Source: Eledone cirrhosa
Lineage: Eukaryota
Direction: 5' to 3'
NCBI GenBank assembly: GCA_964016885.1
Contig: OZ024743.1
Location: 331,328,001-331,392,000 of the forward strand
DNA: 64,000 bases
A program made the position numbers and the translations under genes. The notes under the pieces were generated by a model, which was not told the origin of the DNA, did no database searches, and saw nothing but the letters and a program-made list of their open reading frames with translations. Shown here in pieces: positions 53,719 through 64,000 of this stretch; position 1 is the stretch's first letter, and each line of letters begins with the position of its first letter.

Positions 53719-53754
53719 TCTTCTGATGAAGGACTAGCATCCGAAACGTTAAGA
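53719..53754 (+). ncRNA. Minimal type I hammerhead (Penelope-type)
   Basis: tctt-CTGATGA-a-gga(ctagca)tcc-GAA-ACGT-T-aaga. Degenerate paralog at 40592-40628 in the same repeat family. Confidence 0.75.
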
Positions 53755-54516
53755 CCCTCTTCCTGCTATTTCAAGCGTTAACCTAATATATTTCTTCCAT
53801 ATACTGTACCGATTGTGTTGTTATTTCTGTTTGCCTTTTACATATATATATTGTTATATTTGGGGAGGGTCATATTGTTATAATATTGCCAGAAATAATA
53901 ATAAAACACACTCACTGTTTAGTTTGGATTGGTTTTCGCTTCTGTATATTTTATATCCCTATAGTCAATGTTTATCATCGATTGACCAACGGTTAAAAAT
54001 ACAGACATAAATATATATATATATATATAGTCTATCAAAGTTCTTTCATCACACACCTGTGACATCATCAGCAGTACTATTATGTTTCCTCCCATTGTAT
54101 TGTAATGTCTACGCCATTTTTATTTCTATTTACTTATTTACTTTATCTTGTTTCTGTTTGTGCATGCGCTTGTGTGTGTATTTTCTGTTTGGTGTGTGTT
54201 TGTATTCTATCTTTGTTCACTAGTGTGCGTTTATGTGTGGTTGTGATTGTACCTGTGTATATTTATTCATTTATATTTATCTTAGGTGTTTATGTGTTTA
54301 TGTATAGTTGTTGTTGTTATTCTATTCGTTTTTTCTGTTCAACTTTGATTTTCTTAGTTCTATTTCGGTTGCTTCTCTGATTTGTCTACCTGTTGAGTCA
54401 TTTCTATGTTTAGATATTATTTTAATTTCTATGTTGTCTATATTACCATAAGATCTTTGTCTGGCATGTTCATATAGTACCAAACCATCTTTTTGTCCTT
54501 TTAGTTCACGCCAGTG

Positions 54517-54578
<62 letters not shown>

Positions 54579-54763
54579 GATAAATCTACCAAGAGTTTAC
54601 GGTAGTGTCCAATCCGTATGAAGAACTCAATGTATTCCGGATATCATGGAAAGAAGAGATGTAATGAAAATCCAATTTCGGTGAAAGATAAACGGTATGC
54701 AGAGTCAAGATAAAATATTAAACAAATAATGAACAAACAATTCCTTATATTAAACAAAAAAAG

Positions 54764-54918
54764 TTCACTATTTAACGATCGTTTCTAGGGTATATATGTG
54801 TTATAATTGGTATGCATATTTAACAGATCTATGTACAAAATTATACAAAATTATACAAATTATCAAGATTAAATATACATACCTAACTCATATATACGCC
54901 GTCTTCAGAAATAATGAA
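54764..54918 (-). ncRNA. Type I hammerhead with an elongated (~115-nt) stem II
   Basis: ttcattattt-CTGAAGA-[long hairpin]-GAA-ACGATCGT-T-aaatagtgaa: 10-bp stem I, palindromic stem III. Confidence 0.7.
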
Positions 54919-55479
54919 GTATATTTATTGATAATAACAACAATTCAAAATATCAGTTCAAAATTGACCAATGAAAACACAAAGGGTTAAAAAGCAGTTT
55001 GGTGTGTGTATATACATGTAAAACCCTACACACATTTTACAATAATGTGTGTATAATCTGTATGTGCATACTAAAAAGATGGATGCAAATAAAAAATTTC
55101 AAGGTTAATATCTCTGTAAGCTTAATGCGCTGATAAGATACGCAATGATACTTATGGAGTCAAGCATATAAATATATTTTTTTCATACTCACACATATCA
55201 GTATAATCACACATACATGTGCGTATATATATAAATATACACATAACCACGAACACACAAACACACACACTCCCCCACTCACATTTATATATGTGGATAT
55301 AAAATCATAAGCAAATAGAAATTAAGTCACTCACATAAACACACTGGTACACACATTTCAAGATCAAGAAACAGAAATTAGGTGGGAGGGGGGGGGGAGG
55401 GGTCAGTATTAGACTGTCAGACCAGACAACCTTAATATAAATGTATCTATAAATTATGAAAAATAAAAAAATAAAAACA

Positions 55480-55688
55480 ATAAAATATATTACATATAAT
55501 ATAATGTACATACGCATACAGATATACATACACATACATACATGTACGCGCACATAGAGATATCTATACATACATACATACACACATACCTATACTGTCA
55601 TACACACACATACATTTACACGAACATACACATACACATATAAAAAGATATAAATACGGACACACACACGCGCAACACATACATACAT

Positions 55689-55739
<51 letters not shown>

Positions 55740-55848
55740 TATACACACACACGTAGACTCATATATATATACATACACATACATACATTTATACACAAGC
55801 ATATATATCCCACACTCATATCACCATAAAAATACATACAAACATCCA

Positions 55849-55895
<47 letters not shown>

Positions 55896-56110
55896 ACATA
55901 CACACACGTACACACATATGTATATATACATACATATATACACACATACACATATATATATCCACACACACACATAAAATACAGACATGCACATATACAT
56001 ATATATATATATATATATTTCATTACTCTTATATATACACATAGTATATATACATACACAACCTCACTTATACACATATACACATAAGTTATATTACAAT
56101 AATAATAAAG

Positions 56111-56149
<39 letters not shown>

Positions 56150-56292
56150 TATACACACATATACACATATACATACACACACATACACATACATACATAC
56201 ATACACATACATACATACACCTAAATATAAACATATATAAATACACACATACGAATAAAGACATATATTCACACATAGACACCTATATACAC

Positions 56293-56328
<36 letters not shown>

Positions 56329-56429
56329 CTATATACACACACATACACATACATACACATATATATATATATATATATATAAATACACATATACACACAC
56401 GCACACACATACAGACACACATACACACT

Positions 56430-56460
<31 letters not shown>

Positions 56461-56940
56461 GTGTATGTGAGTGTGCGCCAATACACATATATACATATAC
56501 ATACACACATACAAACACACACAAACTCATACATATGCATACGCACACACACACACACATATATCACATAGATACGAAGATAAACATATAAATAGAGAGA
56601 CATACAAATATATACAGAACCCATATACACATACATACAAATACGCATATACATATATATACATATATACACACATATATATTCCTATATACAAGCATAC
56701 ACATACACACACATATATACATATACATACACATATACATATCACACATTCACATACACGTACATATATAATACATATATATACATATATATACATATAT
56801 ATGTATGTACAATCATATATACACACTCAATCTTACATTCATATTTACATGCTCATATATGTATTTTTATATTTAGAAATAAATACCAAAAAAACTATAT
56901 AGACACCCATCTACACATATATTCATACATATACACTTAC
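55480..56940. repeat. Long compound (TA)/(CA)/(TACA) microsatellite
   Basis: Direct observation. Similar tracts at 22400-22590, 23105-23600, 42840-43060 and 60920-61318. Confidence 0.95.
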
Positions 56941-58188
56941 AAAAACAGATGATAATAGTATGGGGGAAAGGGGGGGTTTGGAGAAGGGGATCAAAGTAAA
57001 TATATGTTTCAAGAAACATATAATATTTTCCATATCTTAATTCAATGTATGTTCTTACATATTTTCAGTGCTAGGAAATACGAAATCTATGCATCACAAA
57101 ATAAAAAAGTATACTATTAATCATATGTCAACTAAACCAAAGATAGTCAACATATTGATTTCCAAGGTGTAAATTAGTTAGGTTTATAATATTTGAGGCA
57201 GAATTATGAAGTCAAACAGTAGTAGATTATTAATTACATTATAACTAAATTAAAGTTAATAACGTTATGGTATCAATATTAGGAGATGAATAGGGAAAAG
57301 AAACCCAAATAAAAATAAAAATAAAATAAAGTATTACATCGGTAGTAGCATATAAATTATATGTTAACTAAGTTAAAAATTATATATTTATTTCAATAGT
57401 ATATGTTAATTAGTATATGTTAATTAGGTATACAATACATAAAGCAGATATTGTATTTCATCAATAGCATAATATAATTATATGCAAATAAAAATCAAAA
57501 TTAATACGCATACATATACATATACATACACATACACATACCTATACATATACATACACATATATATATATATATATATATACATATATATACACATACA
57601 TACATATATAGTCACATAAATATACATACAGATACACACACAACACACACATATACATATACATATAGATATACATATCTTTTTCAAAAAATTTGCACAG
57701 AATATATTAACTAGGTATATATCCAAAAACACCTCCCATTCTATGATTACATGACATTCTGCAATTTGTCTGTACAATGATACTAATTTTAAGCAAATTA
57801 AAGTTAAAATTAAAGTTTTAGGTTGATTAAAGCTAAAACCAAATAATAAATATATTTCCAAAATGTATATTAATTAGGTCAATAATACTAAAAATTCTTT
57901 CTCCGTCATAGGATACATGATATTATTTTGTTATATTTTATCTGTAAAAGAATTATAATAAAAAAAATTATAATAAAAGGTTAAACTAAATTAAAAAATT
58001 ATAATAAAAGGTTAAAATAAGTTAAAATTAATCTATAAATTAAATTACTGAATATATATTAGTAATATTTAAAGGTTTTTCAAAATTAATGATTACATAA
58101 TATTTTCTCATCTGTAATAAAATATTAATTAAATTAAATTTATAGGTTAACTAACATTTAAATTAAATTAAATTCTAGAATAATGTTA

Positions 58189-59260
58189 TTAATTAGGTTT
58201 ATAATATTTAAATGTTTTTTTTAGTTTATGATTACACGATATAATTAATTCCTGTCTTTTATTTAATAAGATATCCCTAGACTTCATTATTTCAAATAGT
58301 TCTTGGGAACATAATCTACATTCCTTTCTATTATTTTGATAAGGGGTGGCTCTTTTGAGCACACTCCAGGTCAAATCATATTTTATATTTTTATTTTTAT
58401 AACTATTGATTTTTTCTGCTAGAGATGTTGTATTAGCCAGTGCGGCATTTTTAAAGCTATGTTTGTGGGTATTATATCTTGTCTTAAAATTGTTAGAGGT
58501 AGCTCCTATATATGAGCAAATAGAATCTTTAGTTTTAACATTACATTTATAGACTATGTTGTTAACAAGACAATTCCCTTTTAATGGGCAGTTTGTTTTG
58601 TTTCTACAGTTACATCCTTTCGTTAATTCTGTATTTGAGGAGATATTATTGTTAATTTGATGTACTGGTGGTATACTTATAGTTTTCTTACATTTATATG
58701 CATTATATGCACTTATATTTTGTTTTATGTTATTTGTTGTAGAATATGAGAATTTAACTGTAGACCTATTTAAGATTTGATGGTATTTGTGGTTTGGCGG
58801 GAAGTTTTTCTCAAGGATATAAAAAAATTTTTTAGCAATATTATCCTTAACTTGTAAATTAAAAGGAGCATTATACCAAGTAACTCGTCTATTACGGTTT
58901 CTATGTTGTTTATTATTTTTATTATTTTTATATGTTGTATCATGATTTTTACTAGGAGGAATAATGTTAATGATCTCACCACAACTATTTTTAGTTATAT
59001 TTGTAGATTTAGGTGTTTTATCTTTTTTATTAGGAGTTTTATTATTAATATTTATTATAGTCTTATGATGAGTAGTTTTTTGAGGGTTACTATACTTTAT
59101 ATTACCATTATAACGAATACCATTATAACAAATTTTTCATTTCAGTATAACAAAATTGTTTTCAATCTCCGGCCACATGCTTGATGTGTTAGGCCGATCA
59201 TGTTATTAAGAATTTTTCGTTACAACAAATTTTTTTTTATACCCCATGGATTTCATTATA
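58189..59260 (-). mobile_element. Penelope-like element remnant: RT C-terminal region + Cys linker + GIY-YIG endonuclease
   Basis: RRVTWYNAPF...FPPNHKYHQILNRSTVKFSYS / GCNCRNKTNCPLKGNCLVNNIVYKC...YIGATSNNFKTRYNTHKHSF...W...CRLC..E...LLNKRQEL..C.H. Frameshifted, with an insertion near 59100-59225. Confidence 0.9.
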
Positions 59261-59397
59261 TATACACACACACACACACACACGTATATATTGAAAGAAT
59301 GAAAGATGGTGCGAAGGATGAGAGATGTAAGCATCAAATAAAGATATATAAAGTTTGCTTCCATATTGATATATATATATATATATACATACACACG

Positions 59398-59502
59398 CAC
59401 AGGGTATCCTCCAAAAATGTATTCACACTTAAACGATGTTCTAATAAATATTGCCTGTACAGGTAATCAAAATATGTATACATTTTTTGGGGACATCTTG
59501 TA
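59398..59502. mobile_element. Tc1/mariner-type mini-MITE
   Basis: Imperfect TIRs cagggtatcctccaaaaatgtat / atacattttttggggacatcttg. Confidence 0.55.
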
Positions 59503-59999
59503 TATATAATGATGTATACACATATAGAAATGTACCATAAGAGGGAGATGCAAAGAAGATATATTTATATAACTTGGTTTGTAACTGTGAATATGATTGT
59601 TAATGATCTTAATATTATAGCAGCAACAATAACAGTAACAACAACAGCAACAATAGTACCAACAGCAGCAACAACAACAACAACAACAACAACAACAGCA
59701 GCAGCAGCAGCAACACCTACAACAATAATAATAACAAACAAAAATAACAGTTACAGCAACAACAGCAATAGCAACAACAATAACAAACAACAACAACAAA
59801 CAAGAATTACAGTAGTCACAGAAACAACAACAACAAACAAGAATAACAGTAGTTGTAACATTTCTGTATGAAATATAAAACCCAAACTAAATAGAAATAT
59901 ATTTCACATAAGAAATAGTTACAGTTCAGATAAAAGGACACATTTATTTATGTTTCTTGTATGTCAACAGAGCTGACACTTGTCTTCACAGCAAACAGA

Positions 60000-60600
60000 G
60001 TTTCTCTCTGAGTGAAGGGTAGAGTGTATGATTTTGATACTGGAATCAGATGATCAATGTTTCATGGCAGTAAGATATGGGCTGTGACCAGAGAGGTTAT
60101 CAGGCCAGTGCTCATCTCTATGATACCTGTATCAGCTATTGCTGGTACTCATTTTCAGCTGAGTAAACTGGAGCAACATGAAATGAAGTATTTTGATCAA
60201 GATCAACACACACAAACCATTCCAGCAATCAAACCCATGACATTATGATCCTAAGACCAACACCCTTACCACTAGAAAGGTTATGTAGAGTGAAATGAAA
60301 TGAGCAGACTTTGTTAGATGTGTAATCTAATTGGGCATGAATGAACTGAGACAAAAATTGGGTATATGAGGAGTCAGATGTTTTCTGCAAGAGTGAAGAC
60401 TGCTGGTACAGACATGTGATGTGTATGGATGATGACCACTATATAAAGAGGTACCAAAGAAACCCCAAGCAGAAGTGGTGATAGCAGAGCTCTGGTGATG
60501 TAAGCAGATAACAAAGGAACATAACAAGTGGAGGGAGCCTGTGCTGGAAAGGACCTGTCTAAGCCATCTAAGCCACACAAGCATGAAAAGGCAACGTAGA
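60000..60600 (+). mobile_element. Degraded RTE fragment with an antisense SINE inserted (~60130-60275)
   Basis: MFHGSKIW.. and gactgctggtacagacatgtgatgtgtatgg resemble the 52.7-kb copy. Confidence 0.55.
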
Positions 60601-61539
60601 AAAAAGTGTTTTGCTCAAGGACATAATTCATCACCTGGACCAGGAATTGAACTCACAACTACACAAGTGTGAATTCAGTTCTCTAACCATTAACCACACA
60701 CCTTCTTATTCTTTCCTTTTCTTTGATAAAGGGTTTAACGCAAAACTTTAGACCCCTTCTGTTTCTATTCAAATGTACAGAAATTCTCTGTTTTTCTCCA
60801 AATGTATTGTTAATGACACGTCTTCTTTATTCAAGTCTCTTTACTTTCTCATTACTTTGTTTTAAACTGTCACACTTTTAACTGTTTGAACTCTTGTCAT
60901 GTTAAATCATCTTTACCTCCCTACACACACATACACACATGCATACACACGTGTACACACATATATACATACACACACATGCATACAAACATAAACACAT
61001 ACATACATATATACATACACACACACACAAGTATATATACATGCATGTATACATATGTACGTACATGTGTACATACATGTATACATACACACATGTACAC
61101 ATACATACACACACATACGTACACACACACATACATACTTACATACATACACATGCATACATACATACATACATACGTATGCATGCATGCATGCATGCAT
61201 ACATACATACATACATGCATACATGCATACATACATGCATACATGCATACATACATACATACATACATACATACATACATACATACATACATACATACAT
61301 ACATACATACATACATTTATTCAACAAAGTGGTAAAGTAAATTCTTTTCATTACAAAAGTGTTAAATGTAGATAAAGATATAATGATCACAGATTGATAA
61401 ATATAGGTGATATCATGCAGCCAGGTATCTGATAATAGATAGTGAATATCTGATAATGGACAATGAATGACTATGGATGATATCTCACAATCATGTATAT
61501 ATTTGATAGTGAACTAAGATTTAGAATGATGAATAATAT

Positions 61540-62140
61540 CACAAAAGCAGTAATAGATTTAACACTACACAGACTGTAATCAACAATATCACATAGCCAT
61601 GGTATAGATAAAAGACTGAAAATAGACTGTAAGCCATGATATCACATAGTCATGGTATAGATTTAACACTGAAAATAGACTGTAAGCCATGATATCACAT
61701 ATCCATGGTATATATTAAACACTGAACAAGTGTGATCTATGATATCACATAGCCGTTGCTCTTTCTGCCAGGAATTTTTCATACATGCATGGCATTGATG
61801 GCATAGACAGGTCCTTTCCAGCATGGCCTCCTTAATACTAAACAGAGATTGAGAGCTATGATATCACATAGCTATGATATAGATTTAACACTGAACAGAG
61901 ACTGTAAGCCATGATATCACATATCTATCATATAATTTAACACTTAACAGAAATTCAGAGCTATGATATCACACATCTATGATATAGATTTAACATTAAA
62001 CAGATCCAGAGCTATGATATTACATAGCCATGGTATAGATTTAACAGAGAACAGAAATTCAAAGCTATGATTCCATATAGCTATGATATAAATTTAACAT
62101 TGAACAGAATAACTATGATAACATTGAACAGAATAACTAT
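61540..62140. repeat. Diverged ~54-bp minisatellite
   Basis: gatatcacatagccatggtatagatttaacactgaa units. Confidence 0.8.
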
Positions 62141-62898
62141 CACACACTCAGCTATAAATCTTGCAATGAAAGACTGAGAACTTTAAATGATATCCCACAC
62201 CTAGTGTGATATCACTTAAGTGTTCACTCAAAGTCTCACTCCCAGATATATTGTTTTCTCTCCCCTCTGCTTCTTCTACAATGTCTCTGATCTTCTGAAT
62301 AAACTAGCTACCAACTCCTCTTTGATTTAATCAACCCACCTTCCATTACTCTTATTGTGTCCCGCCCATCACTGATACCCTACTAAAAACCCTTCCTGAA
62401 ACCTTTTTTCTTCCCAGTCAAGAGGTGCTGCTGCTCTGTAAAATTTACCACCCACTCCTCCCATCCCCATCTTTTCCTGAACACAATGATATACACATGT
62501 TTTAACTCAACATCAGTCATATCAACTTTACCAATCCAGATCTGTTTCAACCATCAAATGTCATAGCACAGTAGTTTCCTTTCATTCACTAATTAATTTG
62601 AAATGTGTGCATCCCAACACAAATGACCATAATAATAGTCAATCACTGTAAAATAATAATTGAGAAACTGGGGAATTTCATGTATTTCACTTATTCACAG
62701 TTGAATAAATAACATTACAAATATGTTTATAATTTTTTTACAGAATAACATTATGAGAATACACAATGAATACAATTAATTGTTGCTAGGAACCTCATAA
62801 ATATAATCCACAAAAATATATGATCCAAATGAGAAAAAAAGAAGAAAAAAAACAACCATCAATTCACAACCAAGTGTGACAATCAATCACACACTACA

Positions 62899-63235
62899 AG
62901 GGTCAATGGAAATGTTAAGGCAAGCCAACATGCTCACAGCATTACCACAGGTGATGGTGAGGCTAAGGCACTGAAACAATCAAGTACACTCATGGGAATC
63001 ACCTGACACTTCAGTAAGGTGAGATGACAAGAACTTTGCTATCAGCGGCCCAGCTCCACTAAATATCTTGAACGCCACAGGCTAGAAAAAAATAGTTATT
63101 TGATAATTCCTGGTATTTTAGGATTTTATTCCGTTCAGCAAAGGAAGCAGTGACCCTCACATTTACCATGACATCCATGGGAGGGAGCAAAAGAGTCACT
63201 GACTGTGGCATCTCAGAGACATCTGCCTCTGGCCC
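62899..63235 (-). mobile_element. CRE-like non-LTR retrotransposon endonuclease remnant
   Basis: ASFAERNKILKYQEL..YFF / PVAFKIFSGAGP..KFL..L.EVSGD.HE..*LFQCLSL...GNAVSMLA resembles the CRE C-terminus (aE..K..KY..F.PvafEt.G..G...lfQrlS....GNA). Confidence 0.7.
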
Positions 63236-64000
63236 ATATTTATATACTGATTCATACAAACAAATGTTTATCATTATTGTATATAATGTACTTACAACAC
63301 CCACAGTTCACTGTATACACAATGAAGTGTATATATACATGCTGGAATGAATGTATATTTGTGTATGTGAATGTTTATGTATGGATATCAAATAAAAATA
63401 CTTTCATGTATATATACAAAAGGGTACAATAAACTTAACTGGACATCATGATGACAGTGATGATGATGATGATGACGGTGATGTTGATAAGTATGATGAT
63501 GATGATGATGGTAATAATGAAGATGATGATGATGATGATAATGTAATGATTCTTAACCTCGTACACTCTATCCAATCTTCTTCATAATGTTGATGATATG
63601 GAAGGTCCTGGATGATAATGACAAAACAAAAATTATTTCATGAGGTTTGTGGGAATACATTGAAAGGAAATATTTGAAATACAGATGAACACTTCACATT
63701 GTGATTGAGTCTGTACAAACAATAAGTGGCACTTTAGCAGAATTTGTATGTATGGACCCATACGTAACTCCTGGTAGAGTCATAGGAGTGCTGTAATAAC
63801 ATACAGTGTTTCTTGTTTAACCCTTTCAAGACCATGTTTCTAATAAAATACACTCTATTTTAATTAACTAATGAAGTATTTTGAGTGAGTTACTAAAATT
63901 ATTAAATATTTCATTAGTAAGATAATAACTTAATGTAAGGTTCTTATATAAAATTATGCTGGAATATTTTTATTTAAATTGGAAACCTTTAAAATGGGTT

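Noticed and set aside
55305-61390. Numerous Y/I/C/V/H/T-rich ORFs
   Set aside because: Dinucleotide and tetranucleotide microsatellite artefacts.

Overview
AT-rich, microsatellite-saturated animal DNA with no prokaryotic features. The repeat complement (tRNA-derived SINEs, RTE, Dong/R4, CRE-like and Penelope retroelement remnants, mariner/piggyBac MITEs) suggests a mollusc, probably an octopus-like cephalopod (inference). There is a 200-N gap at 5599-5798. Nearly all ORF-track entries are translations of simple repeats. The strongest signal is RNA-level. A 467-bp tandem array (18792-20438, about 3.5 copies between (TA)n tracts) carries one intact type I hammerhead ribozyme per monomer, the architecture of a non-LTR retrozyme that could yield a circular RNA. 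Three further unrelated hammerhead families occur nearby, including one with a roughly 115-nt stem II, along with a Penelope GIY-YIG remnant. The left end holds a probable minus-strand exon (3669 to window edge), missed by the ORF track, that encodes an Asn/Thr/Ser-rich repeat glycoprotein. Also present are a 9.6-kb 81-bp satellite with possible coding signal and a twin-primed, 5'-inverted RTE insertion. No host gene could be named.
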